From assembly GCA_951406725.2 (NCBI GenBank), contig OX597827.1, positions 4,898,001 to 4,962,000 on the forward strand: a stretch of 64,000 bases of DNA, in the 5' to 3' direction. Positions 40,148 through 53,980 of this stretch are shown one piece after another. Numbering within the stretch: position 1 is the first letter of the stretch; each line of letters starts with the position of its first letter. Origin of the DNA: Octopus vulgaris. Taxonomy: Eukaryota. The notes beneath the pieces are model-generated. The model was not told the DNA's origin. It worked only from the letters and a program-made list of their open reading frames with translations, and searched no databases. A program made the translations under genes and the position numbers.

Positions 40148-41714
40148 CTATCTCTTTCTAAGCCCTGACTGTTAATATTAAGTTACAACTTGCAAGGAAA
40201 GGAAGGTTACTTATATCATGAATTTAGCAAAACTTATTAATTAACAAGGGAAATAACTTTATGAGAATGTTTACAAAAATTTCTTGCTTTGAATCAAATC
40301 AAGGAAATCATTTCCTCAGCTTGTGAAATTGGAAGCCATCAACATTTTTGAAATACATTTTTCTTTTTCTTTTATTTTTTTTCAATAAAATTTCAATAAT
40401 TTAATTTAACAGATGAAGTTCAAGTGATCTCACTTAAAATGTTGAAACCATATAAGTTTTAAAATGAATGTAATAAAATGAATTAAATAAAGAAATCACT
40501 TGATAATAAACATTATAGGCATTAAAATGTCAAATTAAGAAATGTGAGAGTATCTTAAAGTGAAATGTATGTAATTTGATCTGAAATAATTGTAAGAAAC
40601 AATGTCATTTCTCTAGATAATAATATGACCTTGTTTTGTTTCACAGTTTCTATTTTTGTCAAATACTCTTTTTTTACCCCTCATTATTTGATATTACCAT
40701 AGACAGTATTAGAAGAACAAAATATATTGATGTATTAAAACAAAATGAAAATATAAGATATAAGAGAATATTGGCTTTTTATCATGTTAATTTTCTGATA
40801 ATTTTATAAAATATTCATCTCTCGGTAGAAAAAAAAAACCCCAGAATATATAATATATAATATATATGCAACAGAAAAGACATCCAAAAGATCTTATTAC
40901 ATTAAAGTAGCTATTATGTATTCTGATTACTTTCCAAACATATCTCAGCCAAATTTTACAGATCCTCCAAAACTGGGAAATCTTTATGTAGTGTTGCCAA
41001 AGATAATAGTTTGGCTTCACCTTTTCAGTTTCAGCTTCTGCTTTGATACTTGATGTTAAAATATCATTACGGTAACATATTGCTTCCTTTACAGCAACAT
41101 TTGGTGAAAAATTCAATGTCAAAACTTTATTCCTATTAGATTTATTGAAACGATGTACCATATAGTCCCCCACTCACATTCAGTTTATATCCAAGCTATT
41201 TCAGTATTGTAACCATGCCTCATGAAAACATGCCAATATTTTACCATAACAAAACAGAGAGAAAATCTTTTATTTCTCTCTTCTTTCCAATATTGTAAAA
41301 TAGAAAAAAATGAAACTGTTTTGTTTCTCTAAAATTTACTTCTTAGTGTCTGTTCTTTAAAGCAAAGTGATTGATTACCTTAGTTATAAGCAAGTGGGTT
41401 ACATTCATAAAATATTTAGGTAAAAATAGCAAATACATCTTATTGTGATTTCTGAACTAGGTGTAAACCCTGTCTTTCTTCCTTTTTCTTCTTCCTTTTT
41501 TTTTTCTTCTTGCAAGTGTGTGTGTTGGGGAGAAAGGAGAAAGGGCTTAATTATATTTAATTGAATTGCTTTCAATATATTACTGGTATATTTCAATACT
41601 TAGCTTTGATTCAGAAAAATTTAGATGAATATACTAGATAAAAAAAGTCTAGCTAAATATCCTATTTTTTAAAAAATTTTGTACCTGACTAAAATTTACT
41701 TATTTTACATCTGT

Positions 41715-41748
41715 ATCTATATCTATCTATCAATCTTATCTATCGATC

Positions 41749-41822
<74 letters not shown>

Positions 41823-41851
41823 CTCTATCTCTCTATCTATCTATCTATCCA

Positions 41852-41892
<41 letters not shown>

Positions 41893-41916
41893 TATATATC
41901 CATCTATCTATCTATG

Positions 41917-41977
<61 letters not shown>

Positions 41978-42029
41978 ATTTTTCTTTTACTTGGAACAAT
42001 GTCACTTTTCTTTTTGTAGTTGCAAGTAC

Positions 42030-42068
<39 letters not shown>
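41715..42068. repeat. (TCTA)n/(TC)n/(TA)n/(TG)n compound microsatellite
   Basis: Direct inspection. Confidence 0.9.
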
Positions 42069-42070
<2 letters not shown>

Positions 42071-42773
42071 GCTGCGTAAAACAATAGCTAGTACCTTACT
42101 AGCTCTTATTTGATCAAACTTCAGAGGAGAAAAGTCAAAAGATATTACTTTTTTTTTCACTCGAGCTTAATTATTTTTAGTTCCTTAAAAGTCAGTTACC
42201 TAAAGGCATAAAATTTTGCAATTAGAGAATGCAGTTAAACTGAGAAAGATGAAGGATTGAATTAGATATTCAAAAGCCTCTAGTCTGATTTCCTATTGCC
42301 TGGTCATTTCTCTCTCTCTAAAATTTGCATATCATAATTGATAAAACAGATGATAAGACATGATTCAAAATAATTCTCTCAGGTTCATGTCTTTGTATAA
42401 AGAAAATTTACCCCAGAGCCCTGAGTGAGTCATTGTTCTAATAAGTTTATTTATATTCAATAACAACAATGAAAAATAAATCAGTTTTCGTTTTCTTTTA
42501 AATACTCCTAAAAATGCTTTATGCACTGCAATGATGTTTTTGCAGCATTTCTCAAACTTTTAAGATTGTTCTTAATTTTGAAGTAGGTGCAAAATAAAAA
42601 TAAAAGCCTATAAATATCTCTTGGTATGCTGTATGTATAGAAAATAGCTTCTGAAATTCTTCAAGATTATATTTAAAATTTTGGTACTAATTTCAACACT
42701 GGTCATACTAACAGCTGCACAAAACTATTTACTGAAATCTGACTAAAATCATATCAAACCCGACTTTCTTTAA

Positions 42774-42937
42774 CCCTTTAAGCATGGAGGTCATTAACAA
42801 GCAATTTGATGAATGTATGCCCAGAGCATAAGTCAGCAATAAGCAATTCTGATTGTCATACAATTTCTGAGTAGTATAAATTTCAATTTTAAAATATTAA
42901 TTGTCATGCTGAAATATTACTTAGTGTAATGAAAGGG
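42774..42937. mobile_element. Possible piggyBac-type MITE
   Basis: TTAA-CCCTTT...AAAGGG-TTAG termini about 165 bp apart; right TSD imperfect. Confidence 0.35.
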
Positions 42938-43267
42938 TTAGGAATAAGAATTCTTGCACAGCTAAAATTCTCTTTAACTTAAACATTTCCATGATATTGA
43001 AGAAATTAATAAATGGTAACAGTTTATAAAATATTGATTTCTAACAGTTGCATACACCTGATTAAGTTGACTCTAGAACTTTACTGGTACTTTATTCTAT
43101 TGACCCTGAAAGGATGAAAAGGAAAGTTGACGTTGGTGGAATTTGAACTTAAGTCATAAAAAGCTATTGCCAAAACAAGTTTGTCATGCTTGTTTTCTAT
43201 TTATACAAGTGATCCCTTGGAAGAAAAGAAGATGTTTTTAATATCTGTAAAGAATTTTGATTAGGAT

Positions 43268-43641
43268 TTACTCTTTTACTCTTTTACTTGTTTCAGTCAT
43301 GTGACTGAGGCCATGCTGGAGCACCGCCTTTAGTTGAGGAAATCCACCCCAGGACTTATTCTTTGTAAGCCTAGTATTTATTCTATCAGTTTCTTTTGCC
43401 AAACTGCTAAGTTGCAGGGACACAAACACACCAGCATCAGTTGTCAAGCGATGTTGGTGAGACACACACAAACATACACACACACACACGTGCACACACA
43501 CACACACATATATATATACGACAGGCTTCTTTCAGTTTCCGTCTACCAAATCTACTCACAAGACTTTGGTCGGCCCGAGGCTATAGTAGAAGACACTTGC
43601 CCAAGGTGCCACGCAGTGGGACTGAACCCAGAACCATGTGG
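43268..43641 (-). mobile_element. CORE-type SINE, slightly 5'-truncated
   Basis: Near-identical to 50937-51320. Confidence 0.9.
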
Positions 43642-46637
43642 ATAAACTATGCTAATCTAATATGCTTTAATTTAGCTGTCTCACAATTATCCATTAAACC
43701 ACATACAAATGAAATCCAGTGTAGATCTCTAAAGTTTATTTATATAGCAAAATATTAATATTTCATTTCTATGTTGATTGGTATATGACATACCTTTTAG
43801 TTCAAAATCTACACCTGTAACAATACAAATCAGTATTGGAAAGTATCTATAGAAAAACTGCTGTTTGACTGGCAAACTATCATAATCTGTTCCCCAGTAT
43901 ATACCACTGAACTGTTACCTACTACTCTTCTTATCTTACTTACCTTAATTTCCACCCACTTAAATATCTTTATCTGCCATATTCTTGTCCTTCTATTAAA
44001 CATCTTGACTTTTCTCTCTAGAACTTCCTTGTGTGTGGTTTCTAGTGTAACAATCTGAATGCTAACCTCCCACAGAACTTCTTGAACTCCAGAGGTGATA
44101 ATGAACTTTTGGTTTCTGTCCTTCTCCTCTAGACAATTCAATAGAAATCCTGGAAACTAAAGAGCTAATTATATCTCCCTGATTGATGTAAAATGTGAAG
44201 AAGACAAATGCTTCAGATAATGTAATATAGATTCTAATACTTAACTTCTGTTGCAGTACTGCTTGATGATACTAGAGAGATTAACGTATTTTAGTGGATG
44301 AGGGAGTTAAATTGATCACCACTAACTTCACTTCATTTCTCTGTTTATTCAACTTAATGTTTATTTTGCTAATATTTCATATTAGTCTTTTAAGGACATT
44401 AACAACTAATCATTTGAATGTTGCTTGTCCTTGTAAGACAATGGCTATCTCTGCTTCATTGATATGCATCTTTATCATTGTGTTGATCATCTTCATTCTC
44501 CCTTCTTATGTCTTCATGAGTAGTGTTAATGTATTTTGTTTGATAGTTTGTTTTCTTTTAAATATCGGAATATTATTTTCAACATCAGTTAGGGTGACAT
44601 GATCAGTCCAGTATACTGATCATACCATCACACCACTCTACAAGGAATGATATAATTCTGAGATATTTACCATACTTCAAGTACTTGAGATGATGAATTC
44701 ACTAATTCTAGAGTGTGTTCCTTCCGGCATTTGTCAAAGAGTTTTTAGATTAGCTTCTTCCTGAGATTGATTGTCATCTTCAAGATTTGAGGGCTTTTTT
44801 TTTTTCTTCTTAAGACGGGTAATTGTAAACATTAATAAGAATTATAGTTGGTAGAATGACATAGCAAGGCAATACAATGAAGAAGAAAAAACATTAATAG
44901 GAATGGCTGAGTGGCATCAAGGAAGCAGGACAGATATTGAGTTTTAGAATTACATAAAATATAATTATGCCTCATGTTGTCCAGAATGAAACAGATTGTT
45001 TGTAATTAATTTTGTAGTATCTTCAATTTTAGTTACACATATACCAAACAAAAATTTGACTAAAAGATTCATTTCTTCAAATTAATATTGAAGGCAACTT
45101 TAGGTATAATAAATTGCCTATAAATAATACTAATAGTATAGTATGTATTTTGTAACTGTCAAAAAAATTTTAAGTTGGAAGATGTGCAAATTATTAACTT
45201 TCTCCCTACTTCAGTATGAAAGTAAATCTTTAGTAATATAAGCAAGTTAAACTAATTCTCTAAAATATATGTTTATTAAGAACACAAAGAAATAATATTT
45301 ACCATATTCACTATCTTTTTATTTTTCACTTAGTGTTTTGAAAGATTTTCAATGAAAGTCAGAAAGCAAATAATTCCAGAGGGTATTTGCATTAAGCTTC
45401 CTTGTTTATTTTTATTTCTTTAAATACTTTTTGAAATATATGTTATTGTTTATTAACAGGAGTCTTTTCATTCAATTTTACCATTAGAAAGAAATTTGTA
45501 TTTTTTTTCTTTCAAAAATGTGAGCTAAATTTTATGTTAATTTTACACTTAGAACAAAAGTTGTAATGAATGTATCATTTTTTTTTTTACATTTTAAGAT
45601 ATACACAATGATGACACCCTAACTAAACAATTTCTATTGCGCTCATTAATAATGAAAATATAGTTTTTATATGTCACTAATCAAATAAGAAAAAATATTA
45701 TTTTTGCTTTCACTCATACTTAATTATTAATACATCCTTACAAAACAGTTACCTGAAGGCATAAAGTATTGCAATTAGAGAATACAATTAATTTTCTATT
45801 TCTAACAAATCTTTTAAATGGCTTCTAATGGCTAACCTTCTTTTCCTTGTCATGAAAAAAGTTTTTTCAGATATTTTATAGCAATTATAAAACAATAGAT
45901 GGACAAAAAGCAAATATTTATTTTATGACTAATCACTACTATTTTTTGAGATTATTTATTATTGACAGCAAATTTTTATTCAAATGGGTTGTTTTGCTCT
46001 CCTCTAATACTTTTAATTTGCTATCTGAATTGAATTGGCAAACAGATTGAATAGTAGTGTAATAACATACATAATAAATTTATTTCATAATTTGATTTGA
46101 GTATAAAGTGTTTTTAGAAAGAAAATCTATTTAATTATTTATTTTCCAACTGCAGCAATGGCAAACCTAACCTTGAAATTTTGAAATACTATTTAATAGC
46201 TATGTGCATATATTGCTTGAAGCATGAAGTAATTTTTAACAAAATTTTCCTTTTTGATTATGAAATTTTGTCATAAAGTTGAAATGAAAAATGTCTCACA
46301 AATTCATTCTCATAATTAATTTTCATTACTACATTTATTAATCCTGAATATCATTTTTTTTAAAATACCAATTTATATAACCAAATATTTCAACTAGATA
46401 GTATAAAACATTTTTATAACTTTTGATTAGGAGGTTTTAAAAAGGAATACACACAAAATTCATCGTCATCAGAAGAGCCAATTCTAACAGATTAGAAAAT
46501 AAGTAACTTGTTTATTTTCATTATTGCCACAAACTCAGAAACTCAACAAATCTTTAGATTTAAAAGTAACACAGCTATCTATCTATCTGTCTGTCTGTCT
46601 GTTTGTCTGTCTGCCTGCACCCCGTTCTCTCTATATA

Positions 46638-47888
46638 CAGGGGTTGGACAAAAATAATGGAAACACCTAGCATCATAGCATCATAATTTTGAAGTATCTA
46701 TAAAACCGTCAAAAGGCTTGTTTGTTTTTTGTTTTTTGATTTATTATTAGTGTTGCTTAATATGTTTTGCTAACATTGCTGTTTCTTTTCAGATATCATC
46801 AGAAAAGGTAATTAAAATTCATTAAAATGACAGATCTATTGGACTTTCAAAGAGGTCAAGTTGTTGGTGCTCGTATGGCAGGCATTAGCATTATGAAAAC
46901 AGCCAAAATGTTTGGTGTATCTAAAAGTACAGTCTTGAAAGTAATGACAGCCTCTGAGAAAGAGGGAAAAAAAAACCTCCTCGTTGAAACAAAACTCCGG
47001 AAGAAAACCAAAACTTTCAGAATTGTTAGAAAGGATCACAAAAGTACAGCTCCCAAAATTACTGCAGAGCTTAATGACCACCTCGAGAACCCAGTTTCCA
47101 CAAAAATTGTTTGCCTGGAGTTGCACAAAGCCAGATTTCATGGGAGGGCTGCGATCAGAAAACTGCTACTCTCAAAAATAAATGTTGCAAAGCATTTAGA
47201 GTGGAGTAAAAACCTACAGAATTCATCCCTAGAGCAATGGAAGAATATTATTTTCTCGAATGAGTCAACCTTTACCCTATTTCCGACCACTGGCTGAGTA
47301 TACATATAGAGACAGCCAAAAGAAGCATTTGATCCAGTCTGGCTTCTTCCAACTGTTAAACATAAAGGAGGATCTGTAATGATCTAGGGGGCTATATCTT
47401 GGAAATCCGCCAGCCCAATGGTTTCCCTTCATGGCAGAATTAATAGTCAAGACTATTTAAGCATTTTATCTAATCAAGTTCATCTTATGGTTACAGAACT
47501 GTTTGGAGGGAAACGCAATCTTTCAGGATGATAATGCACCAATTAACACAGTTAAATTTGTTACTGAATGGCATGAGGAACATTCTAGTGAAGTTGAACA
47601 TCTTATCTGGCCACCACAGTCCCCAGATCTCAATATTATTGAACATTTATGGTGCATTTTAGAAAAACAAGTAACGAGTTCAATACCCTCCACCATCATC
47701 ACTACAAGAACTGTAGACTGTTTTAGCTAAAGAATGGACAAAAATTCCTTTGGAAACAATTCAAACTTTGTACGAGTCCATACCTCATAGAATTCAAGCT
47801 GTAATATCTGCCAAAGGCAGTCCTACCCCATATTAAAATTTATTTGTTTGAAATTTTAAGGTGTTTCCATTATTTTGTCCAACCGCTG
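46638..47888 (+). mobile_element. Tc1-like (DD34E) transposon, near full length, inactivated
   Basis: TA-flanked ~30-bp TIRs caggggttggacaaaaataatggaaacacct / aggtgtttccattattttgtccaaccgctg; transposase pieces MTDLLDFQRGQVVGARMAG.., WKNIIFSNES (first D changed to N), FQDDNAP, WPPQSPDLNIIEHLW; stops and frameshifts. Confidence 0.93.
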
Positions 47889-48129
47889 TATATATTTGAT
47901 GCTGTTGGTAGATATTTAGTGTACTGGGTGAAATAATTCTTATTGTTATGTTTCAGTTTCAGAATATCAAACCATAATGAGTTGTTGGTTCTTAAAGTAT
48001 TAAGATCAGTAACATTATTGATATTCTAATCAAGATTATGTTGATTAATAATGCTGTCAATGTTCTTAGGTTTTCTCTACGTAGATGTTAATGACTTATA
48101 CTCAGTATTTTACAGTTTTTAAAAGTATA

Positions 48130-48257
48130 TACTCTTTTACTCTTTTACTTGTTTCAGTCAGTTGACTGCGGCCATGCTGGAGCACCGCCTTTAATCGAGC
48201 AACTCGACCCTGGGACTTATTCTTTTTTGTAAGCCCAGTACTTATTCTATCGGTCTC
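48130..48257 (-). mobile_element. CORE-type SINE, 3' end only
   Basis: Matches the tail region of the 50937 copy. Confidence 0.85.
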
Positions 48258-48681
48258 GATAGAATAAAATCTAACCTTATGTATAATTTTATATAACAAG
48301 ATCCATCAAATATCTAAGGAATATCAAAAGTAAGATTGAAATTTATAGAACTACCAAATCTTTAGACAAATTTTAATGTTGTTAGAATTTTACATATGCA
48401 TAATTCTTCTGCACTGGAAATCTTTTATTGTTCAATAAATAACTAATTTTAAGTCAAATGGTTTGTATTTAAATGTGTAAGTTTTCTACTTTTGTTGGGT
48501 GAAAATTAGTTTTTAAGGAAATCAAATTTGTTGTTATTTTTCATCTTTGTTGTCATTAAACATTAATCTAATAATGATAAGTTATAAACTTCCATCATTT
48601 CATACAGTTCACAACTTCAATTTTAACTACTAAAGTATTACATTTATATCAATAAAAAAAATAAACCTTATTGTGTGCTGC

Positions 48682-48920
48682 AAGGCGGCGAGCTGGCAGA
48701 AACGTTAGCACGCTGGGCAAAATGCTTAGCGGTATTTTGTTTGTCGTTACATTGTGAGTTCAAATTCCACCTAGGTCGACTTTGCCTTTCATCCTTTCGG
48801 GGTCGATAAATTAAGTACCAGTTATGCACTGGGGTCGATGTAATCGACTTAATACCTATGTCTGTCCTTGTTTGTCCCCTCTGTGTTTAGCCCCTTGTGG
48901 GTTATAAAGAAATAGGTATT
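48682..48920 (+). mobile_element. Full-length SINE with Nin/Deu-like domain
   Basis: Head ggcggcgagctggcaga, B-box gagttcaaattcc, domain gtcgactttgcctttcatcctttcggggtcgataaattaagtaccag; relatives at 2265-2485 and ~43075-43155. Confidence 0.8.
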
Positions 48921-49870
48921 AGGGAATAAATACTTTGTCTCTTAACAAAAAGAAACAGAATGAAAGAAAGAAAAGTAAACAAGATATTTGAAAGTTTAAA
49001 AAAGTTTTCTTCCAAATTCTTCGTTTACTCATTTGCTAAATACTTTCTCTAACGTTATTAACTAATCCCAGTCGAAGTAATGAATATAGAAGTAAGTAAT
49101 TAAATGTTTAACAGCAGTGGTCTGCACTGTTACTTAATGAATATAGCTTGTTCAAAAATCGAATAAATTGGTTTGCTGTAAAGCAGTGGTTCTCAACTGG
49201 GTTCCCTATGGTCCCTGAAGATTTGGTGGAGGTGGTGGTGGTGGGATGCATACAAAAGGAAAGGCTGTACATTTCAGTAGAAACTGATCACTGCCTGGCA
49301 AAGGACACTGGTCAAGTATTGAACTTTATACTTTCCTCAGAGCAAATCAATTCATTCTACTTATTGAAGAGTAGAAAATATAGGTTTACATGACTTAAAC
49401 CAGCAATTTTAGAAATGTTTGTTTTACAAAAATTGGATCAACATAGATTTTCATAATTCAATCAAATTTCAATCAAAATGCCTTTCAAGTACAAATAAAA
49501 AGATTTCGCTGAGTCTCTCAGTTTTCTACAGCTTTTCATAAAATTTACATTGGTGTTAATCATTTTAATTTAAATTCTTTGAAAATAAAATCTAACCTTT
49601 CTAATCAATAAACAAATTCTCAGAGCACAGGTTAAGTACCTCCAGGAAAACCTATCAAAGTTTGTTTCAAACTAAACTTCTAAGTGAGAGTCTGGTATCA
49701 AAGTGAGAGGTGGTATCAAAAAGTTCCCAGTCTAATTCTGCAGTGCACTAACTGACGGCAGCACATGAATGTGTGTATACATCATAAAACAAAAAGAAGC
49801 TACTATTTTCTCCATCACCTGGAACGAGCAACAAGCCTTTAATGAATCTTTAACAGTAACTGAAGCTTAC

Positions 49871-50030
49871 CCGACATCACTTGTTTTGCTGGCCACATAC
49901 AGGAAAAGTGGCAGTTTAACGAAGGCGCCAGACTAAAAGGCTATAAAAAAAAATTGAATTTTACCATAATTTCTACATGCGCGCATGTACTCTCTCTCCC
50001 TCTCTCTCTCACACACACTCTTTCAGTCAT
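49871..50030 (-). promoter_or_regulatory. Candidate distal promoter / first exon
   Basis: Perfect 16-bp palindrome TACATGCGCGCATGTA (49974-49989, NRF1-like), CpG-containing unique sequence, CT tract, minus-strand donor CGG|GTAAGC at 49871/49870. Confidence 0.3.
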
Positions 50031-50261
50031 CGTTTCATCAAAAATATTTCAGCTGAAATATGTCAAATGCTATATGTAGCTTGTGGCCTGCTCTGTTCCT
50101 CATAAGCATTGCAAACTTGAAGGAATATTATATAAAGTTAATAGATAAAGATAAAGCAACGAAGGAAAAAGTTATCCAGTAATTCATTTATGGTTGTGAA
50201 TCCATCACAAATATTACAGAAAATACCACTTTGCACCTGTGAATAGCAAACAATCCTTCCC

Positions 50262-50625
50262 CCTGGTTGGTGAAGAAGACCAGTTTGCAATGATGTAGTT
50301 TGGAGTTTAGTCCCACAACATGGCACTTTGAACAAGTGTCCTCTCCTATAGTCCCAGACCAGCCAATGACTTGCAAGTGAATTCCATAGGCAGAAACTGC
50401 ATGGAAGCCTATCATATGGATATGTGTCTGTGTTTGTCTCTCCTCCCCAACTACATGACAACTGTTGTTGGCTTATTTACATTCCTCTAACTTAGTGGTT
50501 CAGCATAAGTACCAGACTTCAAAACAGGAAAAACAGAATATAAGTCCTGGGGCTTAGTTTGACTAAACAATTCAAGTGGTGCCCTCACATTGCTATTATC
50601 CAATGACTGAAATAAGTTAAAGATA
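50262..50625 (+). mobile_element. Old CORE-type SINE copy
   Basis: gtttagtcccac..ggcactttgaacaagtgtc...aatgactgaaataagt; diverged relative of the 50937 family. Confidence 0.65.
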
Positions 50626-50936
50626 TAATATGTTGTTACAAATGTTCCATACTCATATTTCTCTATTGCTGTTTATACTATCATTATCATCACAGCATTG
50701 TGACATAGATACATAGAGTAATTTTTGCATTGAAATCATTATTATTCATTTATTCTTTCACTCATTTAATATCCGTTTTTTGTTCTCATGCTAGAATGGA
50801 TTGGAAAGAAATGTGTGAAGAAACATTTTATGGCCAAATGGCTTTCCTCTAGCCAATGTGTCCCTTCTTTTTTCAAGTAAGGGATCTTTTTATTTTACTG
50901 ATTTTCAAAAATGCAGAGCAGTGAGTCATGTGATAT

Positions 50937-51360
50937 ACTCTTTACTCTTTTACTCTTTTACTTGTTTCAGTCATTTGACTGCAGCCATGCTGGAGCACCA
51001 CCTTTAGTCGAGCAAATCGACCCCAGGACTTATTCTTTGTAAGCCCAGTACTTATTCTATCGGTCTCTTTTGCCGAGCCGCTATGTGACGGGGACGTAAA
51101 CACACCAGCATCGGTTGTCAAGCAATGTTGGGAGGACAAACACAGACACACAAAAACATACAAACACACACATATATATATATATACATATATACGACAG
51201 GCTTCTTTCAGTTTCCGTCTACCAAATCCACTCACAAGGCATTGGTCGGCCCGGGGCTATAGCAGAAGACACTTGCCCAACAAGATACCGCGCAGTGGGA
51301 CTGAACCCGGAATCATGTGGTTGGTTAGCAAGCTACTTACCACACAGCCACTCCTGCGCC
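50937..51360 (-). mobile_element. Full-length young CORE-type tRNA SINE
   Basis: Head ggcgcaggagtggctgtgtggtaag; B-box-like gggttcagtccc; CORE-like ttgggcaagtgtct; (AAAAGAGT)n tail. Confidence 0.92.
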
Positions 51361-51850
51361 TATTATCAACTGTGAATTATTTCTAAATTTCAAACCACTT
51401 CACACAAAAGGTAACAAGCAAAGCTGTAGAATGCCAACACATCCACACACATCTGTAAAAATTATGAACTTCCATGCAGTTTCTTTCTACCAATTCTATG
51501 ACAAGGTATTGGCTGGCTTGGCCGGTGGCTATAATAGAAGATTCTGCCCTAGATACGGCACAGTGAGACTGGACTTGAAACCATCCTATTCTAGCCATTC
51601 AGTTATGTCTGTAATTATATCTTAGTAATAATATGGATTAAGGATGAAGCTCTGCATATTATATTAATTTTATCATTTTGTCAATATTTTTTTTATCGTT
51701 GTTTAAGTGAGTCCATCTTATTTCTATGACCAACAATCTGATATTATGGTTAGCACTTAAATTTTTTAAAAAAGTTTTCCCAAGTGTATTTGTCTACCCA
51801 TTTATGCATTAAAATATATCTACCATTTCAGAGTTTTACTACTTTTTACA

Positions 51851-51853
<3 letters not shown>

Positions 51854-51930
<77 letters not shown>

Positions 51931-51940
51931 AAGAAAGAGA
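51854..51940. repeat. (AG)n microsatellite; a long (TA)n also lies at 52492-52560
   Basis: Direct inspection. Confidence 0.95.
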
Positions 51941-52487
51941 GTAAAAGTTGAGTTTGTTGCATTACTTATTTTGAGCACTTGGCAAAGAATATATAGAACT
52001 TGTCTACAAAATAATGTTTATATATGATCCATTGTTTTCTGTTAGAGCATTCAAGTATGATTATTTTTTTATGTATTTAAGCAAGATCATTTTCTTGATC
52101 ATATTTTTTTAAAGGCTATTATTCTGCTCATATTCTTTTGATTATCATCAGCCCATGTAATTAGGTATTTAATTTTCTCTGTAAATCTCTTCTTTCAGTA
52201 ACAAGCTTGAGAATGAATTTCTATGTTCATTTGCTCTGAGCTCCTTGTAATAAAGCTTCAAGTTTTTGTATTCATAAAGCTAAGGCCAGTGATACGGTGG
52301 GTGCTTAATAAATACTGAATTAATCTGAGATGTTGACTTTGGTCTTCAGTTTAGCGCTATAATACATAGACTAACTAATCATAAGATGCCTTTCACCAAT
52401 GCTTAGCTTTTTTCAAAAAAGATTTTCAGATTTGAGCATGTTGAAACAGATTGTCTCTCATACAGAAAAAAAAAAAAAAGAAAAACA

Positions 52488-52562
<75 letters not shown>

Positions 52563-53770
52563 TATAAAATAATGAAGGGATATTTTGTTAGTGGTCTCTT
52601 GTTTTAAGTAAAGGCATTGTGTTATCTGAGATTAATGGGTTTTTTTCTCTCTCTAAGAATCTCAGAAAGCATGACATGTTTCTCAGCTTACACTCTATTG
52701 ATAGTCATGCATGTATATATTGTTGTGATCTATACGGCTGTCCCTTTAATCAGATCAATATAGATTAGTTTCTTTCCACTGATAATTCAGGCTGTGCATC
52801 CTCTCAGGAACACTTCTAATGTTTTCTGTTTTTATTGTCACAATGCTAGAACCAACCTTATTAACTTTACACAGATATATATATATATTTCTTTTTTTTA
52901 TTGATATCATGATTTGTCTTCACCATCTGACATGCAATCTTCTCACATTCCATCCTGCTTACACCATATTTAGAATATTCATGCTGAAACTACAACCATT
53001 CTTGCCAATTATATATGCTTTCTAGACTTCTAGCTATTTTACTAAGCATGATGAGATAAGAAGTATTTTATTCTATTCTCTAAACATGATGAAAAGTACT
53101 CTATTCAGTAACCCTTCTTGAACAAAACTATGGCTGAGGAATACTTTTATAGCCTCAAACAACAAGACGGTGACTGTGTTTGATATATAGAAAAATGTAG
53201 GTTTGTGTTCAATAACAGATACACAATGCAATCAGTGAATGTGCTGTATATTTAGTAGTATTTTATGTAGGCTTACTGTGAATGAACACCTCAACTTATA
53301 GAGATACAGAGAAGCCTATGAAATAAACACCTGAAAGACTAAAAAAAGTTAATAGATGTTGGAATTTATTATTGTAAGAGGAGCAAACATGTTAAGATTG
53401 TAAATTTAAGGTAGAGGTAATTTTATTATATATCCAACCATTCCCTGTATAAAAGAGTGACTGGTTTATATTTAGTTCCAAATCAGCCTGGAACATGCAT
53501 ATATATGATTTAAAGGCATTCCAGCTGTGTCCATTTCACTATTCTTGTATATATTGGATTACAATGACCAATGTCTCCTTATATTTTAAGACGGTAATAC
53601 ATGATTTAATGGATTTATGGCTACTATTTCTAGCAGGTCAAATGATATTGAAGAGGTTCCCTCATTAGTTTTAGTGGCATGGTATGGATATTAGAAGTGC
53701 AGTGCCTTTAAGCATTAAGACAGGCAAAAATAGCTGCATAACCCTCCATTTTTTAATGGAATGATTTTGA

Positions 53771-53818
<48 letters not shown>

Positions 53819-53980
53819 TATTCTATTGGATGGATGTAAGTTCGTCCCTTTAACTGGAATTATTTCCAAAGATTTCTAATGTCTTTTTGTCATACTTTAC
53901 TTTCGAATTATCTTATATAAATTTGTATAGGTATGAAAGCTTGTATAAAAATAAGTCATACACTGATTATTTGTATATAT

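Noticed and set aside
43830-44780. Possible decayed LINE reverse transcriptase (QGDIISSL-like on the minus strand)
   Set aside because: One weak motif among many stops; not supportable without a profile search.
49180-49770. hAT-like end (cagtggttctcaac) and mariner-like TIR fragment (~49706)
   Set aside because: Solitary short fragments with no matching opposite ends.
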